Assembly: GCA_950097015.1 (NCBI GenBank)
Contig: CATNEN010000005.1
Location: forward strand, 3,534,001-3,598,000
DNA length: 64,000 nucleotides
Origin: Macrostomum hystrix
Lineage: Eukaryota; Animalia; Platyhelminthes
Direction: 5' to 3'
The notes under the pieces were generated by a model. That model had not been told where the DNA came from. It saw nothing but the letters and a program-made list of their open reading frames with translations, and made no database searches. The position numbers were made by a program, and so were the translations under genes. Within the stretch, counting starts at the first letter, position 1. Each line of letters begins with the position of its first letter. Positions 12,380 to 25,866 of the stretch are shown here, one piece after another.

Positions 12380-12685
12380 AAGGAGGGAGAGTGCCAGAGC
12401 GGTCTAACCACGTTTGCCTCTCGCAACAAGGTCCCTGAGTTCGATTCCACTGAGGACGCAGCCTCAGGCGGAGTGTACAGTGCCTGACGATGAGAAAGTC
12501 AGGGCAGATGTGTGAGTGTCTGCCTTCATGAAGTATTTGTATGAGTGTTTGCTCAGGAGTGTGTGCTCAGGAGTGTGTGCTCAGGAGTTAGCGGAATGGT
12601 AGAACTGCCTCCTCAATGGCTGCGCGTCTACTGTCACCAATGGATGTGCCAGTGTCCACAGCCGTCCAAAAATAATTAGTATTGT
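12380..12685 (+). mobile_element. SINE family 1 copy
   Basis: Same head and core as other copies; a few internal GTGTGTGCTCAGGA units. Confidence 0.75.
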
Positions 12686-13839
12686 TGCTACCCTGCAGCT
12701 GCTAGGCTGAAACACGCAATTGTCCGAGGCAGCTCTACCCACAGTGGCGCACGTCAGTATATATTGTGACGGCGAAGCGCAGATCAGATAAATACTTCAT
12801 GCTGTGAATGTTGCATGCGACTTGGTCGAGACCAAACCATTTGACTAATAGTTTATAGTCAGAGTCAATACTTTAAAATATCTAGAATTTTATGAATTGA
12901 AAATATACTTTTGAACCTTTGAACCCCAGATTTTGTTATTCGTCTAAACAATTCGTTTTTTACCTATGCATTTTGCTAGCGATGCGATTTAATTGGGTAG
13001 ATATCGACCACAACTGCTTTGATCGCGTTATCAGGGCTTTGTCTTATCCACACACGCAATAGATTGTTTACTCATTGTTTACGCAAGCGTGTTTTGCGGG
13101 CTTAAAGCACTGAGACTTAACTCTCAAGTACAAACGATTAGAAGATTCTGCATGTTTATTCGAACTGAATCAGCTGCATGCGTAGAAACATTTTGCTCAT
13201 GTCGGAAAATATTTGGAGAGGAGACGCAGGGCACCCGAACTGCAACGAAGATGCATCATGCTAAACCTATGGCATGAGACAGGTAAGCCTATTGTAGGAG
13301 ATAGGTCCAGCAGCAGCATCCATTCACGGACTACTGTTCATTGTGATTGTAAAACCGATAAGTAGTCATTGCGGGCAGTTTGTCTCAGAGGGAGCACACA
13401 CACATTTAGTGCGATTGCAAAGTACTGAATAAGCATAAAGACTTGATACGAAGACTCAGCGCAGAGCTTTCAGGCACACTTGTTTAACAAAAGCCTTCTG
13501 TTTTACCGGCAGAAACTGTCGAAACATATAAACAGGACTCAGTCAAAAACAAAACATTTTCCGGTCTAAAAATAGTATTGGTTTCACGGCAAACGGTATG
13601 ATTAATTAGGAAGGCTAGTTCTGTCACCGCATTCATGAGTACATCATCCAACAGTGACTGAATTCGTGCTGAATATCATATTAATCAAATCTACATTTGA
13701 TAAAATGTTCCAAGAGTAGGCACAGTGAAAGCTGTCAGCACATGCAGTTCATTCCGTGTCGACAGCAAAACCAGTTTCCGAATCATCAGTTCCAGCATGA
13801 TCACCTCCAGCAATGCAGCGCATTCAACACGCATTGGAG

Positions 13840-16371
13840 CTAAGCTTCGATGTAGATGCTCGCTCGAGATGGTCCAGCTGCCGACATCTTGATGGCTTGC
13901 TGGCGCTCAACAATGGCCAGCTGCCTCTGAAACAGTTGAGCACTGATTTTTCGAAGCAACAATTCATAAAAAGTTTGTCAGGTAAAGCTGCTACCTTTGT
14001 TTTCACCAGATAACCGCAAACGCTCAAGAGTGCCGCGGTGAGAACAGCAATGAGCAACCAAGGAAGCCAGATCACTGAGCACACTTGCTTTGGCTGCATG
14101 TCGGATTTCGTTGCAGCTGAAATCACAGAGCAGCGAGCATCAAATTTCATTGTGACTGATTTTCTACAAAAGCTTAAACTCTTCTTACACTTCTGTTTCC
14201 AGTCGATGCTTGCGTGAGTTGAGAACAGCAGTCGAGACTGGCTCGCTTCATCAAACTGATGAGCTGAGCAGTTTGCAGTCAGCCTGTCAACATAGGAGCA
14301 CTTCTCACAGACCCACACAGAGGTCAGTGACTGTGAGCTGGTCATACTCGAGTTTCCAAGTCTTCGCAGAGTGAGCAGTCTGTGACTCGAGTCGGTAGCA
14401 ATGCACTCATGCTCAGGATTAGGCTCTGACACTGACGACTCAAAAGTTATTGCGAATCGAGCTCGAGACCCCACACTGAGACTGTGCACATCAACGGAGA
14501 TCGTCAGATGTCTCGGAGGATCTGCAATGTGCACTTTTATGAGTGAGTGTTGGATAGTTTGATGGGCTCATTGGTAAAAAGCCACTCACGGAGTACTCGC
14601 AGGGTCTGGCTGCTGAGCACCTCATCGCCTAGGCTGCAGATGTAGTTGCCTGCATCAGACAGCTGCACCTGCTCAATCAGGTGAGCTTGCAATCCGGTGG
14701 AGAGTGTCAGAGGGGAGTTTTCGCGAGTCAGTCTGACCATTTTGATCGTCTCATTGTTCTGGATGCAATCGACATGGCATCTGACGGTGACTTGTGAGTT
14801 TTGAATCGCCGAATTCTTTGATATATTCGCTATTGATGAAATTCGGAATTAGGTATGAAAAACATTGTAAACGGTGAGAAGGCCACATGGAGTATTTCAA
14901 ACTCCAACATTTTGTCTGAATCTCCTAAATTATTCAACCATTCGCCATGAAAGTCCATAACCCGGGCTAAAACTTTTAGCTCTATCCGATTAAACAACTT
15001 CCAGAATCACAATACGTCAGCATCGTCGAGATATTTAAGAATTCTCGCCGGGGTGTCTACTATTGTGAGGCTACTATTGTGAGGCTACTATTGTGAGGCT
15101 ACTATTGTGAGGCTACTATTGTGAGGCTACTATTGTGAGGCTACTATTGTGAGGCTACTATTGTGAGGTTACTATTGTGAGGCTACTATTGTGAGGCTAC
15201 TATTGTGAAGCTACTATTGTAAGGCTACTATTGTGAGGCTACTATTGTGAGGCTACTGTTGTTGACTATTTTGCATTGATTGATATTGTTATTTTTTTAC
15301 TTTTGAACCGCTGGAGTTCGCCAAGAGGTTTATACAGAACAATGTCAGTCACTAGTCCATGTCACCTAGGACTTCGACACGCATCGCTGAATATCTCGAC
15401 TATGCTAGCTCGGACGGCTCTAAAAGTTAGTTCATCGTAAAAGATGGAAAACTTCATTCATACGTGATAACTTACTGAATGCAGCAAATCTTCTGAGCCA
15501 CATGTCGACGAAAGCCATCGCTCGTCTAATGGGCTCTGGTTCTGTCGCGACAAATCTCCTTAATAAAACAATGCGGACCTGAAAAGGGTCTCACAATCCG
15601 TACTGATGTGGAACGGACACGAATTTTTACCTTAATTTTTGCATCTGCAATTACCATATGTGTATTGCAGTTTACAGTCAAAGTTTGTCCGGATGAAACT
15701 TTGTTTGGCGTCCTTCCGCACAGCCTCCAGGTTCCGCTTTTCGCCCCCTGAAAGACGGAGCTGATGTTTCTCGAGTCGCAGTGGTCCGAGCCGAAGTCCA
15801 GGTCTTCCGGCGACGTCCACACCTCAATGTCTGCTGCTCGAGCGGTCAAATTGTATCCGTAGGTATCCGAGCGGTCATATTGACTCAAAGCTTTTAAGTT
15901 GAGAAAAAATATCTGTATTAAAAAAGCAACTTGGGCGTTTTATATGGCAGGATAAAATCACAGGGAAGAGAAGTGCTCACTTCTCCCTCTGATGGACACA
16001 GAGCTGATGCTCTCCTGCTGTCTCAGTTTTATCACAAACCAGTGGAATCCGGCATCAGCGCTTTGCAGACCTTCCTTGGAGTGAAGAAATGGCCAGTTGC
16101 CAACTTCATCAGCTGAGCGACTCCAGAAGCAATTGCTCGGTGGTGGATCCAAGCTGGATGACTGCCATGATGCTTCAATGGTGCTCTTTCTGATTGGAAG
16201 CATACCTGTTTGAAGCAATTGGGTTAACAAACAATGGAAAGCATTATAGATACATAAATCCAGTATTGGAAAACCTGACCGTGCCAGCTCACATCTGTCT
16301 GAGTCCCCTCGACTCAGAATGGCGAATCCAAGAAAAGCCAGGGTGACACGCAACACAGCCAGATGGTTCAT
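13840..16371 (-). CDS. Receptor copy A2: lectin exons nearly identical to A; different Ig, TM and short tail ending SIYIEA
   Basis: Exons 16371-16293, 16205-15981, 15890-15655, 15578-15476, 14829-14590 (VTVRC..AGNYIC), 14521-14189, 14116-13995 (TM IWLPWLLIAVLTAALLSVCGYLV), 13926-13840. Total 1425 nt, phase-consistent. Confidence 0.75.
15057..15262 (+). repeat. 14-bp tandem repeat (CTACTATTGTGAGG)n in an A2 intron
   Basis: Direct inspection. Confidence 0.95.
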
Positions 16372-16832
16372 GATTTCTATCAATTGATCAAAGCTTTGTC
16401 GAGCTTTCTTATCGAAATACTTCTAAACTTTAAGATCGCAGTTTATATGTGAATCTGCTGTTGGCATGTTTACTGAATAGTTGTTCCTGTAAATAGTGCA
16501 TTCTTAGAGCTTAATTTAAACTGGGTCCGTTATTCTAAGAGTTATTTGTGTGGGTCTCGGAACTAAAGATAACGAATCATTTTCCGGAAGGAAATTTCCT
16601 GATGCTATTCAGTTGAATTTTATTTGGTAACTGTGTGGAGACAAGTCAGAATACTGTGTAGAATTATTCACTTTTATTTGCAAACAAAAGTTGCATTTTT
16701 TTATAAAGAGTTGGCAAGCTTCACTCGGAAGGTGCACGAATAAGAATTTAAAGAAAGTGATGAACAGTTCAAGGGCAAAATAAAACAGAAACAGATTTCA
16801 GTAGGATCAGAAATCAAGATAAGAGGCTAGCA

Positions 16833-18130
16833 GGAGGGACAACAGCAATATTCAACTCTGGTGCAATTCGACGTATCGTGCTTGCTTCTGGCGTGGCTCA
16901 GGTAATCATGTTGGCACCTCTCGGTGTGCCATGAAGAAAGTTTTATTCTGACTCTCGCAAAGCCCAACGGAAACAAGAACGCAAGCACCATTCGCACTTT
17001 TGGCATCTGGAGTGCCAGCAGCGTGTCAGAATCCATTCAAAATGTGAACTAAAGTCACGCTGGTAACTACTCATGCAGAGTGGGTGACGAGGTCCTCAGC
17101 TCCCGACTGCTCAAAGTCTACTGTGAGTATACAATGAAGCCCACATAAGTGCCATTTCACAAGAGCACACAGCAATGTCTGCAGTCTCACAAACTCAACA
17201 ATCCCCGATCTCAGATCCGCCAAGCAACCTGAGCATCTACTCAAATGACAACTGCGCCACTAAGCCGTCGGAACGGAATTTCACCTTCGAGTCAACGCAG
17301 TCAGATCCACATCCTCTGCATAAATGCTTTCTGAGAGACCACCGAGACGAAAATGCCACAGTAACAATGGCATCGAGTGTCACAGAATCGGACGGCAAAT
17401 TCAGGTCGATTTGGAAATGCGAAAACTGTCTGACTGTGAATGTGACATGCACAGCACATTGGAATGATGATAAACTGTCATGGAGCTACAGCACCACAGA
17501 AAGTCTGTCTTGCCCTATGAACTCAGTCTCTTTCAGTGAGTTGGAGATTATGTCTGCCGTACTTGTCACAGTTTCTATAGTACATAATGATCTAGGCGGA
17601 CTCTGAACTTTGAAATGTTACTGATTCACTTTGTCCCCTCCCAGTTGGGCTTGACTGGAGTCTTGACTTCTTTCAGTGAGTTGGAGATTATGTCTGCAGT
17701 ACTTGTCACAGTTTCTATAGTACATAATGATCTAGGCGGACTCTGAACTTTGAAATGTTACTGATTCACTTTGTCCCCTCCCAGTTGGGCTTGACTGGAG
17801 TCTTGACTTCACATAAAACATGATTTCAGGTGCCCTTCGATGTGCTTATCAGATGCAAGCCTCCATTTGGATTCTGTTGGCAGTCATTTCGGTCCTGACA
17901 TTGCTCCTGATTGTAGTCAGCATCTGTCTGTGGAGAACTCGGGTAATGCACTCCAGGATGCTAGCTGTGCTCACAATTCATGCTCCATTCAGTCTGACAG
18001 CAACTGGTTCGTGTAAATAAAAAACATTCACATTTCAGAGCCGAATAAAAGTGTTGCTCGAAGATCAACAAAATCCAGCAGCACATAGAGGGGCTGCGAA
18101 ATCTCGACAAAGTGTTTACATGACTGAGTG
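16833..18130 (+). pseudogene. Receptor pseudogene D (5' deleted; Ig1-Ig2-TM-tail)
   Basis: A lectin exon-2 fragment (STYRACFWRGSGNHVGTS) is fused to mid-Ig1. In-frame TAA at 17050-17052 where B has GAA. Ig2 exon from ~17214. TM IWILLAVISVLTLLLIVVSICLW. Tail ends SVYMTE*. Confidence 0.65.
17528..17810 (+). repeat. Tandem duplication of ~141 bp that includes a splice donor in pseudogene D
   Basis: Two near-identical units beginning TCTTTCAGTGAGTTGGAG. Confidence 0.85.
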
Positions 18131-18942
18131 AAACTTCTCATGATCATGATTGTGGGACATTGTGCCAACTCTGATCTGTGCATCACAACGAGATGTCTTT
18201 GCTGAAAATGTAAAGAAAAATGGCTTAGCTTTTTATTCAACTATTTCGTTCCTGTAACGCTGCTAAAAGCTTCACTTACAATACAATAGCCAGTTACTTG
18301 TCACTCTCTGCTATGATTGTTGATTGCATGACAACATGACTCTGAGAATTCTGGTAACTATACTCTTTATACAATCCAAGACTTTCGAGTAGAGTAAATT
18401 ACACGAAATAAAAGTTTGTGTTTTACTCTATCAGTGCAGTATCATGAACCTACTATGTTCCCTTCCTTGCGAATAATTAACCATATTATAGTAACAATAA
18501 CTCTATTAATCGCAGGGCTGTAGGCACTGGTACATCATTTGGCGCAGAAGTAATTTTTGCATCATTTGGTGACAGTACACCAACAAAAACAACTTAGAGG
18601 AAAAACTTCTCGAAATAACTCTGAAACGCTGATGGTTAGCGTGAGAGCGAAATAAATTCTCAGACCACCTCGCTTCTGAGTGCAGGCGATATAAATAGTC
18701 ACTTGTAGTCACTTGTCACTCTATGCTATAATTGTTGATTGTATGACAACTTGACTCTTGTAATTCTGGTAACTATACTCTTAATACCATTCAAGAATTT
18801 TGTGTAGAGTAAACAACACATAATTAAAGTGTGTGCTTTACTTCATCAGCTCTGCATCAGGAACTTATTAAGTTCTCTTCCTTGCGAATAATCGACATAG
18901 TAATATAGTAATATTTATAGTTTTAGTTATAACTATAGTAAC

Positions 18943-19005
18943 AAAATAATATTGGAGGGCTGCGGACACTGGTTCATCATTTGGTTAGCCTATTCCCGCA
19001 GCCAG
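18943..19005 (-). mobile_element. SINE family 1 3' fragment
   Basis: Reverse complement reads GCTGGCTGCGGG..CCGCAGCCCTCC-AATATTATT. A similar plus-strand fragment lies at ~20885-20955. Confidence 0.55.
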
Positions 19006-20464
19006 CTGTGACGATGTCATTTATTTTATAGCCGTATTTTGTCGTTATTTATCTATTAATTTTTAGTTTCTATGGGAGTTGCATTTTTGTTTTTCTAGTG
19101 AAGTATATTAATGTGTAATTTCTCCTATTTATCTATATTAAATCTATAACAGTACATATATTATTCATTATTTATGCAGCATTGAAAGTCCGTTGGTCGG
19201 ATACTATATGTAATGTATCTGCGCGCCGTATTTAAAAGCCGATGTGTTTTCTTGCGCCACGTGCTCAGTGCTGAAAGTGGAGCTGCTGAATCGCCAGCAT
19301 CGCCAGAGACTATTAATACCATTTTGCTAGGCAGTCAATTAAATACAATAGTCCATATTCGAGTTGGGGTCGTTATCTTAATAATAGCACGAGAGTCCAT
19401 TGCCGCTACACTATTAAGTCCAGCCTTGGTCTTCCTTACTTCTGCAATCGAGTCCTCGAGTGTTACACAGCGATGCAATTCTGCCAAAAATCAGCAAAGC
19501 TTTCGTGCAGAGACTTTCATCTTCTTTTATCGAGGCGAAATGCAAGTCCGAGAATTAGACAAGATTTATACCTTAAAATATCTACGTTGCTCCGCTGATC
19601 TGAAGTATCAGCAATACTTCAATCTAAATATCACAATGCCATCGACTTTTAATAGACAAGATTTATACCCGAAAATAATTAGCCTGCCTGATCTGAATTC
19701 TTAGCGAAAAACAGACAAGACAATATTTAAAACCAGCTAAGCTGCATCTTGATTTAAAAAAGATTTCTGTTGCTAGACATAGTGTTACAGAATGCGTTGT
19801 TCAGCTGCAACCGCCCATTGGGATTCTACTTGGGTTTGTTTCTGTTCTGATTTCTCATTGTCGGCAGCATCCTGCTAGTTAGAGCTCAGGTATTCCAATC
19901 AAAGATGCTTCATTGATGCCGCCATGAGGGACTACTAAATCAGAATGACCCACGACCATCAAATTGTGAAAGGTAGTTAAAATGTAGTTGCAAACCGATT
20001 TTAAAGTCCGTGTTTGTGCTGCGACATGCTGCATTCATTTGCAGGACTCATTGTTGCGACCTGATAATTCGCCGAAAATTCCAGAGTCGGCTGAGGAGTC
20101 ACGAAAGTCGACAAAATCGAACGAGGCCCGAGAGTCCGAGATTGCAACGCAGTGTGTACGTTACCGAGTGAAATTGTGCTGTGCTCTGAGGACCTGAGCT
20201 GAGAGGCAATGGACAGAGAAACTGGCAAAGTCTCAAGATTTCTAATTAGCATAAAAAATAAAAATAAAAATAATTGACACTAGACCCAAGGGCCAGTGCA
20301 GGTGTTGTGTGTCAAGCACACTAGCAGGTGGGGACTGCACACCTAATGTACACCCCGGCTCTCTCGGACACCGGTTGACAAATAAAATAGAATTTATTTT
20401 TTCCAAACATATCGGCAGCATCCAAACCCCACAGAATTGCCGCACAGAGCTGATATATTCCACG

Positions 20465-20632
20465 CCAGCCGTAATTATTATTACACGACGACATGTCGGT
20501 AATCATTTGCAGCTGAGTAGACTGTGTGCACATCTTGCCAAAGGCTGCACGAATAGTTCTAGACTAGGTCGGGAGTCGAACCCAGGACCATCTGACCCGG
20601 AGTCCGACACCTTACTGACTGAGCTATCCGCC
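20465..20632 (-). mobile_element. tRNA-derived CORE-like SINE
   Basis: Reverse strand GGGCGGATAGCTCAG..GGTTCGACTCCC followed by CCTTTGGCAAGATG..CAGCTGCAAATG. Confidence 0.6.
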
Positions 20633-21049
20633 CCTGAGATGAGACACGGTGGAGATTAGACACAAAAGTGCCTTACGGGCTTTAAACACTCAGACTTCAC
20701 ACTCAAGTATAAACGATTAAAAGATTCTGCATGTTTATTCGAACTGAATCAGCTGCTTGCGTAGAAGCATTTTTTTCTTGTCAAAAAAGAAAAAAAATTG
20801 TATCACGTTAAAACAGCCATTCTTTGGGATTGTGCCTCGATTAAAGGCGGATGTTTTTATACGAATGTTTTGCGGATATTTTGCTGAATTGCCTCGCTGG
20901 CTGCGGGCATTGGCTAACCAAAAAAACATGCCCAGAGCCCTCCTGCAAGTATTAATGTCTTGTGTACCGGGCGGCTGCTGTGGTCGGACTGTCCATTAAT
21001 ACCCAGAAGATAATGGTGCTGACCGTGCCAACTGACTTTCGAGCTGAGA

Positions 21050-21500
21050 TTTGCTGCCGTGACGCGAGTGGAACAGCGACGCTGCTGCCCCGCTGCGAAG
21101 ACTTCACCTAACCTCGGCAGTCCGGTGCTACGAGTAAATATCGTTGACGACATGACCCGGTGCAGGGCGCTTGCCGCCTTCGGTGTCCACTACTCGCCGA
21201 CCACCCCCCACCAATATCAGCAATTAATGTGGAGCCCAGCTCTGCCAGCCAAGCTTGCGCCTAAAGCTTGCCGGCCACGTCGTTCTTGAAGAACAGCGCT
21301 ATCCTGAGCCACTGCAGGATGTACTGTTGCTTTCCCTGAAGGGGCCGCAGCGGCGTGGCCAGGCGAGATCGCAACATTTTGTCGACCTGCTATTGAATGT
21401 CGCAGGCATTTCTGACTCGCGATTCTGCGCAGGTCTGCGAAGATCGCAGGCGGCATCCAGGGAAACGGAGGCAATTTGCGCGTAATGCCGCGACGTCGGT
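21050..21500 (+). mobile_element. Degenerate 3' fragment of an RTE-like LINE
   Basis: Frameshifted RT-thumb-like LPRCEDFT(x)LGS, followed by RLKLAGHVV..EP..VLLL..G..RRG..FVDLL, resembling RTE-type C-termini. Confidence 0.5.
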
Positions 21501-23275
21501 CCCCGCGTGAATGGAGTGTCCTTTGATCGACCTCCCCGTTGCGACCTGCCCCAATTGCTGTGCTGGGTCTCATTGCGTGGTTTGCACCTACTCATGAAAC
21601 GATGTCCGCCTGTCTCTAAACCAAATTTTCAGGGATGCTGCTGCTAAGACCAATAAGAAGTGAATTCGCGTGCATTTCACAATACTTATACAAGAAACTG
21701 TTAACAGGGTAGAACTGTATTAGGAAGGTAATACCATGTCTTCTCCGAAAAAGTAATGTTTCTGCGGATTTTACACAGAAAATCTTTAAACATTAAAAAA
21801 TATGATTGCGTTTAAAATAAGAATGGCAGAATTTAAAACTGCGGCAGAGAAAAATTGAGTGAAATTGAAAGCATAATAAAACGATGAGCAGTCAGCAGGA
21901 AAAGTAAGTAATTCAAGAAAAATTACCATAAAAATTATGCCTAGAAAATTCCTTTTGCATTAATAAATCAATTTAGGCTTTAAGTGCGATAGATTATTGC
22001 AGCTTAATAGTGGCTTAAAAGCATTTGTGTCAATTTTTTCATTTCTTTTTGGTATAATTTCACAGCACGACCTAAATTTACATTCGTTAATTTGTTTTCA
22101 AATATACGTAAAGTAGTTTTTTCTTTGTTTTGTATTTGTTTTATGAATAAGTGGAACGCTATTAAAGTGTAGACAAACGTCAACGAACGATTGAAATGTA
22201 GTTCTAAATTTAATAAATCAATTATCCATGTTGTTAACGAATCGTTGATGTATACATATGAACTGTTATTTTTTAGAAATAAAAACTAAAATAAAAATAG
22301 ACAAATTTTTGCATCCGGCTTAAGAGCTGCAAGAGTTTTAATTGCGCTCCTGTTTTGTGACCTTTGATTTGATTTAAAAAAACACGAGTCTGTTGCGAGT
22401 TCGTCACTAGTTATTTGGTCCTCACTGACGCTGTTTCGTTGTAGAGGCTCTCATTTTCAAGCATGTTGCCTCGTCTTTAGAAAAGACTTTTTAGCTCGTT
22501 CTTGACGTTTCTTTATTGATGAATTTATATACTGGCAGATAAAACAATGATCAGCGGTTGGCAAATTGGTCACTGCACTACTTCAAGTAGGATGGTAATT
22601 GCATGCATCAAACATGATAATTATAATCAAATTCCTGTTTACAAGATATTTAGTGTAATCCTCATGCTATTTATCTGTCATTGACATGCAATTAAATTTC
22701 TAGAAAAATTTTTAAAGATCTTGCTGAAATTGCAACAAAGGTGTCATTTAGATTAGGCTTCTTGCACTTTAAACAACAACTCACTCGTAATTGGAGTGCA
22801 AGAATTGCGAAATTATTGCGTCTCCAATGACAACTTCTGGTAATTCTGCGCAGTTTTGTTCTTCGAGACGCTCTCGGCTTGTCTTACATATTTATAGGCT
22901 GTTCGTGCCTATTTAAATGGATAGTCGAAGCCAAAGTCAAACATCTTCACACAAACCAGTCGTGACTTCCTGTATGCTGGCAAAGCGGACCTTAATTCAA
23001 GACACAACAGCTCTGAAATGTGCTCTGGTTTCAGCTAAACTCATTGCATGTAAGTGTGTGGCTGACAGCGACAGCTTTGACAGCTTTGTCATTCCAAAGA
23101 ACAATTATTTGGTCAGACTAGTCAAGCAGTGATGATTCAATGTAGATTTTTAATGAAGGAATTAAAATAACTAGATAAACTTCTTTGCGTACATTTCAAC
23201 GAGAATTCATTTCACTTGTTAGCGTTTTCTTTTATAAAACAAGATCCTGCTTGGACGCGGAACAACAACTGAGGC

Positions 23276-25866
23276 ATGGCTGCAGCCCAGGAATGCATTT
23301 TGCTGGCCCTCCTAGCTGGACTGTGTGCGGCTGACAGCAGTCAATGTGAGTTGCAGTCCATGGACATTCTTGTCCGATTGAGCACCAGTCCGTCGGTTGT
23401 CTCCCCTAACATGATTCTAAACTTATTTTCGTTTCAGGCACTCTCAACATCACCAAAGATTCCATCGCTGACTCGTGGCAGTCGTCAAGCCATTTCGATA
23501 ACAATCGGATACCACTGTGCTTTAAAAACCAGTCCACAGAGACACATTCCGTATATTTCTACAGATTCTTCCACTCCAAAGCCAGTAAGAATGACTCAGA
23601 TGCAGGCTATCACTGGTTTGTGATCAAACTGAAGAGGCCTGAGCTGATCAGCTCTGTGGGCATCAGGGCCAGGTCAGGTGAGCGATTCAGTTAATTTACA
23701 ATCAAAAGCTACTGAATACCTGCTCCTAACGATTCTCTTCAAGCTCTTGTTTGCAGCTCACAAGTAGAAACTAATTGACATTGCAGAAGCAGATGAAGTT
23801 CCCATCGCTGAAATAAACCCCAGAGCAGCAGACATTGAGATCTGGACTTCTCAAACAGACGTCGATTTTGGACATGAGCACTGCGACTCAAAGAACATCA
23901 GCTCTACTTTCATTAGAGGAGAGAGCTCAGGTATCTGGAAGCTGTGCGGCAGGACGCCATCAAATGTTTCTGCGGGACAAGAATTGAGCGTGCCCTGCGT
24001 CAGGCAACAGGTGAGGCGATCAGGTGACTGATGGTTCATAATTCATGAGCAATATAATATTTTAGGTTGAAGCCTAGTCGTTTAATTTATTCCGCTTCTA
24101 TTTCACCCAATTTAAACAGTGATGACATAACCAGAAACTGTATGCGGTTTTCAGGTCCGAATGATTCTGCTGAGAAAATACGTAGAAAACGTTTCTGATG
24201 CAGAAAACCAGTGCATGAACTTTATTGGTATGTGGATTCAAAAATTTGAAATGCAAGGTGAGTTTGCCAAACGGCTTTTGTTACTACAACAGTACATTCA
24301 CCAATACTATATCTCTTATCCACCTATATTAAATCTCTATGTATTCTAATGCTCGAATAAGAACATAATTGCTGTCAAGGCAGCAGGATGCTTTTATAAC
24401 AATCTTTCAATTAAGATTCCCCAAAAGCAACAGACCGATAATTTCAACTATTTCTTGTTCAACGCTGTCGAGCAAAGAAACTGTGCAAACTGTGCTATTG
24501 TCACTGTATGGAGAGAACGCCTTCTTCTTGTTGGATTTTGAGTCCTACGAGTTACAATTTAAAGTAGTCTACCTTGCTAACCAACTCCAACTAGCACATA
24601 GGTAGCATTTTTGTGTTGAAATTCCTAAATGTTGGATAGCAGTTTATACTGTCAATAACTAAAAATAGCAAAAGCAAATCTATTTTGTGCATCTCAACTG
24701 AAAAATGTAACAAATCTTGAGTCATTCGTTCCTTAAAAATATTAGTTACGATTGAGCCATCCGATGAAGTTGTGAGAAACTCAAACGTCACAGTGAGCTG
24801 TTTGGCCGCAGTGTGCCATGACGAAAATTTTTTTCTGACTCTCGCAAAGCCCAACGGAAACAAGAACGCAAGCACCTTTCGTACTTCTGGCAACTCGAGT
24901 GCCAGCAGCGTGTCAGAATCCATTCAAAATGTGAACGAAAGTCACGCTGGCAACTACTCATGCAGAGTGGATGACGAGGTCCTCAGCTCCCGACTGCTCA
25001 AAGTCTACTGTGAGTATACAATGAAGCCCACATAAGTGCCATTTCACAAGAGCACACAGCAATGTCTGCCGTCTCACAAACTCAACAATCCCTGTTCTCA
25101 GATCCGCCAAGCAACCTGAGCATCTACCGATCAAATGACACCTGTGCCACTGAGCCATCATATTGGAATTTCATCTTCGAGTCAACGCAGTCAGATCCAC
25201 GTCCTCTGCACAAATGCTTTCTGAGAGACCACCGAGACGAAAATGCCACAGTAACAATGGCATCGAGTGTCAAGAAATTGGACGGCAAATTCAGGTCGAT
25301 TTGGAAATGCGAAAACTGTCTGACTGTGAATGTGACTTGCACAGCACATTGGAATGATGATAAACTCTCATGGAGCTACAGCACCACAGGGAGTCATTCT
25401 TGTCCTTTGACAACGGACTCTACCATTCCGACTGAGGCACCTCAAGTTGGCTCCAAGAGCACGGATAAATATTCTCATGCTGAAACCATTACAATTGCAG
25501 AGAGGCAGTCAAGCACTTCCCCAGCTACACCAGTTAGCGCAGAACCAGCTGCTAAGAGCTCTTTTAAACCGGTGCTGTTGGCGATTGCAGTAGGACTCGT
25601 TGTTATCGATACTTGGCTCGCAGTCATACTCAGCAAGGTAAATATAATGTTGAGGAATTGAAATATCAAAAGTGAAACAATCCGTCATTGCTCCAACTGT
25701 CTGTTCTATGCAGCGATTCGCCTCGAGATCTCGCGACAGGTCACAGGAGGCAGGGATGGCTTCGCCACTGGAACGGCTCAGAGAGACGACAACTAATTTG
25801 AGTCAAGTTCGTGTAGCAGATGGGGCCTTTAACAATGGGAATAATGTGGGACTACCGATTGAGTAG
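23276..25866 (+). CDS. Receptor copy B2 (recent paralog of B; TM Asp, Tyr-free tail)
   Basis: Exons 23276-23345, 23438-23677, 23787-24010, 24155-24257, 24746-25009, 25102-25637, 25714-25866. Total 1590 nt, open. Same exon structure as B. Confidence 0.8.

Larger units (their letters stand above)
6537..14212 (+). repeat. Segmental duplication unit 1 (paralog 22550-29876)
   Basis: Collinear high identity covering the B promoter, gene B, the 29-mer array, the lectin remnant, a SINE and the A2-type tail. Confidence 0.9.

Noticed and set aside
19213-19704. 163-aa ORF
   Set aside because: No recognisable domain; may be a TE relic or a chance ORF.
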